A DNA stretch of 50,041 nucleotides, from positions 1-50,041 of IMG/VR virus record IMGVR_UViG_3300044478_000087; one strand, given 5' to 3'. The translations under genes were made by a program, and so were the position numbers. This DNA comes from a virus (Duplodnaviria > Caudoviricetes). The notes beneath the pieces were generated by a model. The model was not told the origin of the DNA, ran no database searches, and was given only the letters and a program-made list of their open reading frames with translations. Below, in pieces: positions 8,404 to 16,637 of the stretch; within the stretch, counting starts at the first letter, position 1; every line of letters starts with the position of its first letter.

Positions 8404-8819
8404 GGTTGTGCCTTTTCGTGGCGGTTCTGCGCCACGCTGCATCGCCCGCTGTCAGGGCGGGCGAGGATGGACATCATGCTGACGCCGATGACGCCTGGGC
8501 CGCGTCTCCCCAACGCGGCCCAGGCTTTGTCATTTCTGGCGTCAGCCCTTCGGGGGCCTGGCTGCCGGTGATCTCCCCAGACCATGCCGGCGGCCAGGCC
8601 CTGCCACCCGTCCCGTGCGAATTCGACCCCTTCTTGCCCACTCCCCCAGGCTGGCTGTAGCCACGCGTGGGATGGAACTATCCCCAGGATGTCACGGGCC
8701 GACGGTGTAAGCCATGCAAGCATAGCACATTATTCACCTCAGGCACGAGGTGAAAAACTGGCAATTGGTGATGCCTCTGCCGGGCGAGGGGAGACGCCGC
8801 CGTGGACGGGTGCGCAAAA

Positions 8820-9113
8820 TCAGGGGGTCGTATCATTGGGGTCGCCACGCCCCTCCAGTGCCTCCAGGTACGGACCCCGGGCCATTTCCAGGCGCGTGGT
8901 CCCGACGCGCTTCCGCACCTCCTCAATCTTGAGCCGCGCCAACCCGACGAAAAACTGTTGCAGATTCAGCCCGTCGAATTGCAGCGCCCGCTTGAGGAGT
9001 CGCTTCTCGTCCGGGTCCATGTGGACGGTCACCGTCACCCGTGCTCCGTACTCGCGTGGTCTCCCACCCCGACTGCGTGCTCGTATCCTCCCGTTGGTCG
9101 GTGTCTTGGCCAT
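8820..9113 (-). CDS. Probable ribbon-helix-helix transcriptional regulator
   Basis: GGRP followed by alternating beta strand RVTVTVHM and two helices; adjacent to divergent promoters. Confidence 0.55.
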   Translation of the reverse strand: MAKTPTNGRIRARSRGGRPREYGARVTVTVHMDPDEKRLLKRALQFDGLNLQQFFVGLARLKIEEVRKRVGTTRLEMARGPYLEALEGRGDPNDTTP

Positions 9114-9165
9114 GCGGCCTCTCCCTCTCTGGGTTATCCATTCGTCTATGCAGTCCACTGGGATA

Positions 9166-9194
9166 ACTATACGGCGTATACGCCTAGCGGTCAA
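9166..9194 (-). promoter_or_regulatory. Sigma70 promoter, leftward, for regulator and replication genes
   Basis: TTGACC-17 bp-TATAGT. Confidence 0.7.
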
Positions 9195-9227
9195 ATGCAG
9201 TTTTTGACGAAAATAACTAAATTACCG

Positions 9228-9257
9228 TTGACAGATATACGTATAGTGCGGTACTAT
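9228..9257 (+). promoter_or_regulatory. Sigma70 promoter, rightward, for the early operon
   Basis: TTGACA-18 bp-TACTAT; palindrome TATACGTATA in the spacer. Confidence 0.6.
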
Positions 9258-9289
9258 TGAGTCAGAACATCTTGAGAAGGAACGCCGTG

Positions 9290-9511
9290 ATGGTCGAACA
9301 GCGGTACAAGGAGCGGTGGGAGCACATGATGCGCATGGTGCTTTCCGGAGCCTGGACGCACGCGTGGCGGGTGACGAATACGCCGCGTTATGCCGATGAG
9401 CTGGCGGCGATTGAGCGTTGCCGTCGCGCGGCGGACCTGCACGGCATGGAGGCCGGGTTCGACCGCCTCTGGGGGCAGTGTGAGGAGGTGCACGATGGGA
9501 TGGGGGCTTGA
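9290..9511 (+). CDS. Hypothetical protein
   Basis: AGAAGGA RBS; first gene after the promoter. Confidence 0.55.
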   Translation: MVEQRYKERWEHMMRMVLSGAWTHAWRVTNTPRYADELAAIERCRRAADLHGMEAGFDRLWGQCEEVHDGMGA

Positions 9512-9677
9512 AATCATGGTCTTTGTAGCGTTCGCCTGCGCGCTCGGCGCCGTGTATGACGCGGCCCGCCTGCGCTGCCGGGTGGAGGCGTTGGAAACCC
9601 GCCTGATGGCCGTTGAACACGAGACAGGGGGCGTGTCGTATGCCGCGTACCGTGATGCCGCCCGCCGGGTTCACTGA
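9495..9677 (+). CDS. Small membrane protein with coiled coil
   Basis: GAGGAGG RBS before ATG 9495; hydrophobic N-terminus. Confidence 0.5.
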   Translation: MGWGLEIMVFVAFACALGAVYDAARLRCRVEALETRLMAVEHETGGVSYAAYRDAARRVH

Positions 9678-10755
9678 GACGGAAGACCTGTGGGGTCGTG
9701 AGCTGGCGCGCGTGAGCGAGTTCCTGCGCGGCACACGGTATGCGCACGTGCTGCCGAAGGCGCTACGCCTCGCGACCGCCGGCGCGGTGTGGGACCTGCG
9801 CGGGGCGCGGGGCCTGTGGGAAGTGGACGGCGACCACGGGCGCTACCAGGTGGACGCCGAGACGATGCAGTGTACGTGTCCGTATGGCCGGTATCGTCGT
9901 GCCTCGTGTGCACACGCGACGGCCGTGGAATTGGTGCAACGCTGTCTGGCGGGTGGGGTGTCCCTGCCGCCGAGGGAGAGCACGATGGAAGCAGTGGCAG
10001 TGATCGAGGAGGCGGTCCCGGACGAGACGGCGGCGGTCGTACCGGAGACCGCTGATCTGCAGGTCCCTGCGGTCGCGGCGGGGAGTGTCTACCGCGCGAT
10101 TGCCCAGGTGGCGAGTCGTATTGCCCGTCACGGGGTGCCCAAGGGGCAGTTCAATGAGCAGCAGCGGTATAAATTTCGTGGCGTGGACGACATTCAGACG
10201 GCGCTGGCCCCGCTGCTCGCCGACGCGGGGCTTGTGATTTTGCCGCACGTGGTCACACGGGAGGTGACGGAGCGGCCTTCGTCCAAGGGCGGCACGCTGA
10301 TCTACGTGACGGTGTGCGTGGAGTATACCCTGGTCGATAGCGCGAGCGGCACCCGTCACACGGTCACCGTGTATGGCGAGGGGATGGACAGCGGCGACAA
10401 GGCGACCAACAAGGCGCTCAGCGCGGCGTATAAGTACATGGCGATCCAATCCTTCTGCATCCCACTGGCTGGGCAGGAAGACGGGGACCGTGAGACGCCC
10501 GCGGTGGCGCCACGGCCCACACCACTGATGACACCCCGTCCGCGCCAGGATCCTGCCGCTCCCGATTACCGGGCGCTCATCCGTGAGGCCTTTCGGGCGG
10601 CAGGAAAGACGTCGGAAGAGATCCGCACCTATTTCCAGGAGCTCGACCGCCGCTACGCCGGGAGGGACGAGGAGTTGCAGGCGCGCTTCCCGGCCATCTA
10701 CGCGAGCATGAAGAAGCGCCTGGCCGGACAAGAGGATGTCGCCCATGCCAACTAG
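9640..10755 (+). CDS. SWIM zinc finger fused to ERF-family ssDNA-annealing protein
   Basis: CTC-x9-CAH SWIM motif; ERF signatures YKFRGVDDI..AL.PLL...GL and GEGMDSGDKATNKALSAAYKY. Confidence 0.85.
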   Translation: MPRTVMPPAGFTETEDLWGRELARVSEFLRGTRYAHVLPKALRLATAGAVWDLRGARGLWEVDGDHGRYQVDAETMQCTCPYGRYRRASCAHATAVELVQRCLAGGVSLPPRESTMEAVAVIEEAVPDETAAVVPETADLQVPAVAAGSVYRAIAQVASRIARHGVPKGQFNEQQRYKFRGVDDIQTALAPLLADAGLVILPHVVTREVTERPSSKGGTLIYVTVCVEYTLVDSASGTRHTVTVYGEGMDSGDKATNKALSAAYKYMAIQSFCIPLAGQEDGDRETPAVAPRPTPLMTPRPRQDPAAPDYRALIREAFRAAGKTSEEIRTYFQELDRRYAGRDEELQARFPAIYASMKKRLAGQEDVAHAN

Positions 10756-10900
10756 CACGGCCTATCAGCAGGACCCTGAGCGCTACCGTGCGTACAATCG
10801 GGCGTACTCCCACGCCCACCGGGAGAGCCTGCCGTGGCGCTGCCGGCAGTGTGGGTTGGAGATAGGCGGCGTGGATGAAGGCAGAGGAAGGAACCCGTAA
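10745..10900 (+). CDS. Small hypothetical protein (51 aa, CxxC)
   Basis: AGAGGA RBS; fills the gap with overlaps at both ends. Confidence 0.4.
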   Translation: MPTSTAYQQDPERYRAYNRAYSHAHRESLPWRCRQCGLEIGGVDEGRGRNP

Positions 10901-11193
10901 TGGCTTTACACCAGAACGCCCCGCAGAGTGTCCCCATTCGCGCCCAACTGGAGTGCGTGGCGCGTGAACTGCGTATGCGTCGCGCGTGTTATGGCAGGTG
11001 GGTGGCGGAAGGGCGCATGAAAGCGGCGGACGCGGACCGTGAGATTGTGACCATGGCCGCTGTCGAAGAGAGTCTCCAGTTGCTGCATTCGCTGCTCATC
11101 TGGGCCGCAGATCATCACCCCGCCCCCCGAGAGGCTGCTGTCCAAGGGGCGTTGTTGCCCGACCACGAGATCTGGGAGGAGCACCGCGCATGA
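10900..11193 (+). CDS. Phage hypothetical protein
   Basis: QLECVARELRMRR..Y.RWV..GRM....ADREI resembles a recurrent phage family; operon coupling. Confidence 0.65.
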   Translation: MALHQNAPQSVPIRAQLECVARELRMRRACYGRWVAEGRMKAADADREIVTMAAVEESLQLLHSLLIWAADHHPAPREAAVQGALLPDHEIWEEHRA

Positions 11194-11651
11194 TCTACAT
11201 CGGCATCGATCCTGGGAAGACTGGGGCCGTCGCGGTGCTGGACGGCCCCTCCGCCGAGGTGTGGGACACGCCGCTCATTGGCAAGGAGTATGACACCCGC
11301 AGCATGGCCGACCTCTTGTCCAAATGGACCGACGCCACCGGCGTGCTCTCCTGCCTGGAGCTCGCCCAGCCCATGCCACGGGAGGGTGTCAGGTCCTCGT
11401 GGACGAATGGGTACGGATTTGGTCTCTGGGTAGGCACCTTGGCGAGCTTGGCCATTCCCTACAAGATAGTCCGTCCGGCCGTCTGGAAGCGCCAGATGGG
11501 CCTGGCACGGGATAAGGACCAGGCGCGAGCGCGCGCGCGCGAGCTTTTCCCGCGCACCGAGCTGCACTTAAAGAAACATCACGGCCGCGCGGAGGCGCTC
11601 CTCTTGGCCGCCTACGCCCGGGAAAGGATGGCAGCATGTTCCAACTCCTAG
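11190..11651 (+). CDS. RuvC-like Holliday junction resolvase
   Basis: IGIDPGKTGA, central E, V.P..WK, GRAEALLLA. Confidence 0.85.
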   Translation: MIYIGIDPGKTGAVAVLDGPSAEVWDTPLIGKEYDTRSMADLLSKWTDATGVLSCLELAQPMPREGVRSSWTNGYGFGLWVGTLASLAIPYKIVRPAVWKRQMGLARDKDQARARARELFPRTELHLKKHHGRAEALLLAAYARERMAACSNS

Positions 11652-11806
11652 CGACCTCGCGGTGGGGGAGTCATCGTCTTGGGTATGCCTTCCGCACGCG
11701 CGCCCATGCCCTGCGTCTGGCCGCCAAGCTCAACGCCTACGGGGGTTACCGCTATTCCGTGGTGCCCCTCAGTGTGTACGGGGAGGCCGCGCCATGCACG
11801 CCATGA
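11636..11806 (+). CDS. Small hypothetical protein (56 aa)
   Basis: AAAGGA RBS; fills the gap between resolvase and DHFR. Confidence 0.4.
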   Translation: MFQLLATSRWGSHRLGYAFRTRAHALRLAAKLNAYGGYRYSVVPLSVYGEAAPCTP

Positions 11807-12378
11807 TCGTCGCGCTGGGCAATGACTGGGCTATCGGCCAAAGGGGGCAGCTGCCATGGCGGGGGCTGACAGGCGACCTGCGCTGGTTCTCGGCCATCAC
11901 CCGTGCGCGCCACCCGTTGTCGGTGGCGCAAGGGATTGTGGACGGCCGCGAGGTGGTGTCGTCGCAGGCGTACAACGCGCTCATCTACGGGCGGCGTACG
12001 TACGAAAGCGTGGGGCCGCGCGCTTTTCCCGGACGCTTCTCCTGGGTCGTGACGTCGCGCCCCACGGCGATCCCGGACGACGCGTACACCTCCCCGGTTC
12101 GCACGCTGCGTGACGCCCTCCACGGGGCGACGGTGGCGATCCAATCGCCCAACGTGTTCGTATGCGGCGGCACGCGACTGTATGCTGACGCGCTGTTGCT
12201 GCCGGAGTTCACCCATATTTTTCTCACGCAGGTTGACGCGGACTTCCCCCAGGCGGACACCTGGTTTCCTCGCCCCGGTCATGGCTGGGACACGACCGCG
12301 CAGGGGCCGTGGCTGGCGGAGCATGGACTACGCTATCGTCTCACCATCCTTGAGCGTGCAGCAGGAGGTACGGCATGA
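11794..12378 (+). CDS. folA: Dihydrofolate reductase
   Basis: IVA....AIG..GQLPW....DL.WF..IT, GRRTYES, PGR...VVTS, VFVCGG..LY, ADTWFP; GGAGG RBS. Confidence 0.88.
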   Translation: MHAMIVALGNDWAIGQRGQLPWRGLTGDLRWFSAITRARHPLSVAQGIVDGREVVSSQAYNALIYGRRTYESVGPRAFPGRFSWVVTSRPTAIPDDAYTSPVRTLRDALHGATVAIQSPNVFVCGGTRLYADALLLPEFTHIFLTQVDADFPQADTWFPRPGHGWDTTAQGPWLAEHGLRYRLTILERAAGGTA

Positions 12379-12704
12379 CCCTTGAGGAATTCACCGAGGC
12401 GTTACGTGCGACGTGTGATTCAATGCGCTGGGGGCTTGACGAGTGTGGACACCTCCGTGCCTGGACACCCCAGGAAGATGGGAAACCCTTTAGCTACGCG
12501 CGGTGGTGTTGCCCAATAACGGCTGTGGCGAACCATCGCTGCCTGGGTGTGTGGTATACGGTGCTTGAATGGGTAGGGGCGGCGAACGTCATCGGTCTCG
12601 ATCCCGTGCTTGCCAGGGCCATTGTCGAGGCCGCCGATGCCGACGCTTGCGCCGATCCAACACTACGCGACATCTTGAAGGAGATCCTGATTGACGACGA
12701 ATAA
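12375..12704 (+). CDS. Hypothetical protein
   Basis: AGGAGG RBS, ATGA overlap. Confidence 0.65.
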   Translation: MTLEEFTEALRATCDSMRWGLDECGHLRAWTPQEDGKPFSYARWCCPITAVANHRCLGVWYTVLEWVGAANVIGLDPVLARAIVEAADADACADPTLRDILKEILIDDE

Positions 12705-12897
12705 TCCTGAACCGCTGATCCTGATCAACGACGTCCATTGTGTGCTGCGGTTGGTCCCGGCTGGCCTGGAGGCCCTGCGCCTCCAACAGCTCGTCCCGGA
12801 GGGGGAGTGTACCGAAATCCTCCTGTCGCACCGCGACCTCGAAGCGCTGTGCAAGGTCTACCTGACACGCGTGAAACCCTGTGTTGAAGGGAAGTAA
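12691..12897 (+). CDS. Hypothetical protein
   Basis: AAGGAG RBS, TTG start, operon context. Confidence 0.5.
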   Translation: MTTNNPEPLILINDVHCVLRLVPAGLEALRLQQLVPEGECTEILLSHRDLEALCKVYLTRVKPCVEGK

Positions 12898-12899
12898 CT

Positions 12900-13100
12900 A
12901 TGCTCTGCCATTATTGCCGCGAAGCCCCCGCCGTCGCCTGTATCTTCTACGCCCCCATGGAGGCGCGATATACGGTGCGTCAGGTGGAGGAGCCCCTTGG
13001 CGGGGGGGACCCGGTCCCCTACGCCTGCCTGCCGTGCGCCGAGGCGCGCCGGGACGAGATCGATAAAAAAGACGCGAAGCAGTTGCTACATAACACATAA
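12900..13100 (+). CDS. Small Zn-finger protein
   Basis: CHYC ... CLPC. Confidence 0.55.
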   Translation: MLCHYCREAPAVACIFYAPMEARYTVRQVEEPLGGGDPVPYACLPCAEARRDEIDKKDAKQLLHNT

Positions 13101-13184
13101 TGCATCCAAAATAGCATGGCGCCTAACCGCAAAATGATATACAATATATATAGACGTGGTTGACACACAATACCAAAATAAAGG

Positions 13185-13394
13185 GTGGGCGCCATGCAGA
13201 CGAAACAGGGTGGGATCAAGGGACGGGTGGCTGGTCGTGAGACGACAGGGAGCCGGCAGCGGCCCCATACGGATGTGAGCCGCGCCAGGTATGAACGCGA
13301 CGCGCAGGAATTATGGGATATGATCATCGCGCGGGCGACCGCCAAGGCGCAAGCGCGCCAGGGCAGTGAGGAGGCACGACATGCCAGCCGTTAA
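13185..13394 (+). CDS. Hypothetical basic protein
   Basis: Follows an AT-rich promoter region; start uncertain (13185 or 13195). Confidence 0.45.
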   Translation: MGAMQTKQGGIKGRVAGRETTGSRQRPHTDVSRARYERDAQELWDMIIARATAKAQARQGSEEARHASR

Positions 13395-13587
13395 GGGCTT
13401 GCCGCTTCTGGACGTGCACGACCCGTGCCCGGACTGCCTCGCCGCCGACTGGCTGGTGTACGTATGGTACCGCGGCTGCGCGGTCTGCGGGTACCGGGAT
13501 GAGACGACGACGACTTATCAGCAACTCCCCATGGCCCCGCGTGACGCGGGGCGAAAGGACGCCGATGCTTCACGGCGCGGGCTTTGA
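13381..13587 (+). CDS. Small Zn-ribbon protein
   Basis: GAGGAGG RBS; CPDC ... CAVC. Confidence 0.55.
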   Translation: MPAVKGLPLLDVHDPCPDCLAADWLVYVWYRGCAVCGYRDETTTTYQQLPMAPRDAGRKDADASRRGL

Positions 13588-13903
13588 CTATCCCGGGGTG
13601 TGGGGTGGGCAGGCGCACGAACACTTCCCGCCCATTATCCGCCAAGTGATCCAGGGGCCACACACGGCCTACTGTGAGTTGTCATACAGCTTCCCACGGG
13701 TGGGCGAAGATGGCATTGTGGCCGCCGTCTGGTGTAATGACTGCCACGCGGACTGGCAGCAGATTCGCGTGACCACAGGACTGGACCTGGGCGATGCCCT
13801 GCAGGCCATGCAGAGCCTCCCCGTCTGGCTGCTGGAAGCCCTGGAGCGCTTTACCGCCAAGCTGGCGGAGGGGTTGCGCAAGGAGGAGGACGATGCGGCG
13901 TGA
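13565..13903 (+). CDS. Hypothetical protein
   Basis: AAAGGA RBS before ATG 13565. Confidence 0.55.
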   Translation: MLHGAGFDYPGVWGGQAHEHFPPIIRQVIQGPHTAYCELSYSFPRVGEDGIVAAVWCNDCHADWQQIRVTTGLDLGDALQAMQSLPVWLLEALERFTAKLAEGLRKEEDDAA

Positions 13904-14060
13904 CACCCTCACTCACCGAGAGCGACGGGAGGCGGCCGTGCTGACGGCCGCGATCCTGCGATTCCGCCGCCTTGAGGACCTGTGGGCGGCGGTGCAGCTT
14001 TCCGAGTCCCTGTGGGCGGCCGCCCATTGTACTATAATAGACAAAGGAGCAAATAACTAA
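13893..14060 (+). CDS. Hypothetical protein, possibly truncated by the downstream insertion
   Basis: AGGAGGAGG RBS; 3' end runs into low-GC DNA. Confidence 0.45.
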   Translation: MRRDTLTHRERREAAVLTAAILRFRRLEDLWAAVQLSESLWAAAHCTIIDKGANN

Positions 14061-15274
14061 TGAGAACAAATAGTCAACCCGCAAGTTTAACGCCTTCGAT
14101 CCTGCTAGTAACTATGGGGCTCCTACTCGGCATCACTTTAGGTTCAAGAGCAGCTAATGCAGCCACTTACTACGTGGCGCCGACCGGGAGTGACTCTAAC
14201 TCCTGTGCCCAAGCCAGCCCATGCCGTACCGTCGCCAAGGGCCTTTCGGTGATGAAAGCAGGTGACACTCTGTACCTCAGGGCAGGCACATATACGTCCA
14301 GTATTCATAGCAGCACGATGACGATTCCCACGGGCACCTCATGGACCAATGCCCCTCGCATTGCTGCATATCCTGGCGAGACGGTTATTGTCAGCAGTCT
14401 GGGCCTGTCACAACCATACATACAGTATGTGATTTTTGATGGATTGATCTTTGACCCAAACAGACAAAGCGATGAAGCGGTATACATCAGCAATGGTGCC
14501 AATCACGTCCGCATCCAAAACTGTGAATTGCGAAACGCCAGAGGTTGGGGGACGCAGGTCGTAGAATCTGCTGGGGGTTTTGTGGAGTTCATCAATGTCG
14601 ATGTCCATCATAATGGCACAAACCATCATGGAGATCACGGCATGTATATTTCGTCCTCTAACAACCTTATCGAGAATTCTCGCATTCATCACAATACGGC
14701 CTATGGCATACATGTGTATTCAGGCACGGCGAACAATAACATCATTAGAAATAATAAGATTTATGAAAACGGGTATCCAGGCACAACCAGTTTTGGAATT
14801 ATTCTTTCATACGGTAGTGCCAATATTGCATATAACAACATAATTTACAACAATCAAGCAGGAATAACTGTTGACTATAATTGCAAAAATTGCAAGGTGT
14901 ACAACAATACCATATACAACAACATCCAAGGAGGCTACGCTGGCATAGAAATTGGGACTAGTACCACAGGCACAGAAGTAAGGAACAACATTATCTACAA
15001 TCATGTTGCCCCTATCAAGGACAATGGGACAAACACCCTTATTTCGAATAATCTCACCACAGATCCAAACTTTATCAACATCTCAAACAGCGACTTCCGC
15101 CTGCAATCCACAAGCCCTGCTATAAATGCGGGGATGAGGTTAGCTGAGGTTCTAAGGGACTTCGCCAGTGTTTTGAGGCCTCAAGGGACGGAATACGATG
15201 TTGGCGCTCACGAATATCGATTCGCTCAACCAACTCCAGAAAAACCAATAAATCTTCGCAAAATTTTACCCTAG
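14060..15274 (+). CDS. Secreted right-handed parallel beta-helix protein (pectate lyase-like fold)
   Basis: Signal peptide ending ANA-A; YYVAPTGSDSN..PC.T; Asn-ladder repeats; C-terminal DFRLQSTSPAINAG..RPQG..YDVGAHEY. Confidence 0.85.
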   Translation: MRTNSQPASLTPSILLVTMGLLLGITLGSRAANAATYYVAPTGSDSNSCAQASPCRTVAKGLSVMKAGDTLYLRAGTYTSSIHSSTMTIPTGTSWTNAPRIAAYPGETVIVSSLGLSQPYIQYVIFDGLIFDPNRQSDEAVYISNGANHVRIQNCELRNARGWGTQVVESAGGFVEFINVDVHHNGTNHHGDHGMYISSSNNLIENSRIHHNTAYGIHVYSGTANNNIIRNNKIYENGYPGTTSFGIILSYGSANIAYNNIIYNNQAGITVDYNCKNCKVYNNTIYNNIQGGYAGIEIGTSTTGTEVRNNIIYNHVAPIKDNGTNTLISNNLTTDPNFINISNSDFRLQSTSPAINAGMRLAEVLRDFASVLRPQGTEYDVGAHEYRFAQPTPEKPINLRKILP

Positions 15275-15424
15275 CGCCCTGTAAGAGATCACAGGGGGTC
15301 AATATGGCGAGCGGCCTAGCCAGACTCTCCTCTTTTGCGGCGGCAACACGATGAGATTTGTGCTATATAAAAGCCACCCTCTCTCACAGAAGGAATCTGG
15401 TGCGTGCTTGAGCCCTCTCCCCGT

Positions 15425-16090
15425 ATGAAACGGCTGTTCGCTTTGGCGATACTTGGCCTCCCTCTCACACTGCAATGGGATTACGATCTGAGTGTGCCGG
15501 GGAACCCCCCGCTGAAGGACTATCGTGAGTACGTCCTGGAGCGGTCTGTGGCTCCAGATGCGGCGTGGACCGTCCGCGACCGCTTTCCCGCCCACACGCC
15601 GGACGGTACCGGACTGGTCTTGGAGCGGCGGCTCGAGGAGGAGTCCTCTCCCTGGTGTTACCGATTGATGGTGACGGCGGTGGGCGATGGTGGGGCGGTG
15701 GTGTCGTCGCCTGCGTCCAACGTGGCTTGCGTGTCATTTCCCGTCCCTCCTCGCCCGTTTCCTGCGCCTCTGGCGCAGGTGCGCCAGGCTGAAGCCAACA
15801 CGATCGATGTGGCCCTCGCCTGGCGGCCGTCCCCCGATCCAAAGGCGATCCCCCTCGGTGATCTGCACGAATGGGTTTTTCGTGAGCAATGTACCCACGC
15901 CGGCTGTGGGCATTTTGATGTCCTGATCACGGCGCCGGCCCGGACCATGAAGGGCGCCTTAGTGAAGACGAGACGGCTCCAGATTAAGACGCCCCGCTGC
16001 ATCACGGTGAGCCTTACGGCGTTCGACCGCTCCGCTTCCCCCGTGGCGCTGATTGAGTCCCCCCCGTCGCCGCCCGTGTGCGCCCCTTAA
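15425..16090 (+). CDS. Putative secreted beta-sandwich (FN3-like) protein
   Basis: MKRLFALAILG leader; LTLQWDY..Y.LER..W....CYR..VTAV....SS..SN pattern, loosely repeated twice. Confidence 0.55.
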   Translation: MKRLFALAILGLPLTLQWDYDLSVPGNPPLKDYREYVLERSVAPDAAWTVRDRFPAHTPDGTGLVLERRLEEESSPWCYRLMVTAVGDGGAVVSSPASNVACVSFPVPPRPFPAPLAQVRQAEANTIDVALAWRPSPDPKAIPLGDLHEWVFREQCTHAGCGHFDVLITAPARTMKGALVKTRRLQIKTPRCITVSLTAFDRSASPVALIESPPSPPVCAP

Positions 16091-16353
16091 TTCGGGTCGC
16101 CGCTGAGGCTCCTCATGTGGTTGAGGCGCCACTCGATGACGGCCAGCCGCTCACTGTTGATCCTGATTTGCTTCGTATTCGCCGCCGTTTCCCCGAAGCA
16201 TTCCTCAAGGCGGCCGGTGAGGTGCTCGAGCCGGGTGGTCGTGCCCATGGCGGCGAGGCTGAACAACAGGGGCACCCCGGCGAGAAGCACTGCCACCAGT
16301 ATCCCAACCGCCCAGCGGTAAAACGTCATGGATTGAGTGTCGTCGTTTGCCAT
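16087..16353 (-). CDS. Small single-TM coiled-coil protein (possible lysis accessory)
   Basis: TM WAVGILVAVLLAGVPLLFSLA followed by a heptad-like stretch; last gene of the late strand. Confidence 0.55.
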   Translation of the reverse strand: MANDDTQSMTFYRWAVGILVAVLLAGVPLLFSLAAMGTTTRLEHLTGRLEECFGETAANTKQIRINSERLAVIEWRLNHMRSLSGDPN

Positions 16354-16637
16354 AGCCTAGCCAATTCCGGGTAGAGAATGCACGCGGAGATATCACCACC
16401 AGGAATTGTAGGATATTGTGACCGGGTATTCCCACAACGTTTGTGTTTGTAGTTCGTTGCGCGGCAGGGAAAGTGTCAGCTGGGGTGGCGACAGCCGCTG
16501 TGGGCGTCCCGTGCGCTGATATACTTTGACTGGAAAACTCAGCATAGAAAATTGACTCAATCTAGGCTTTTCCAGAGGCACATGAGACTGGAGGATATGA
16601 CCACGGATGGCTTAGGAGTAAGGCAAACAGTGCCCCT

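Noticed and set aside
6895-8571. Long antisense ORFs (e.g. 6895-8571, 840-1820, 9763-10758, 38109-39146)
   Set aside because: Shadow frames of well-supported genes in high-GC DNA; no motifs or RBS
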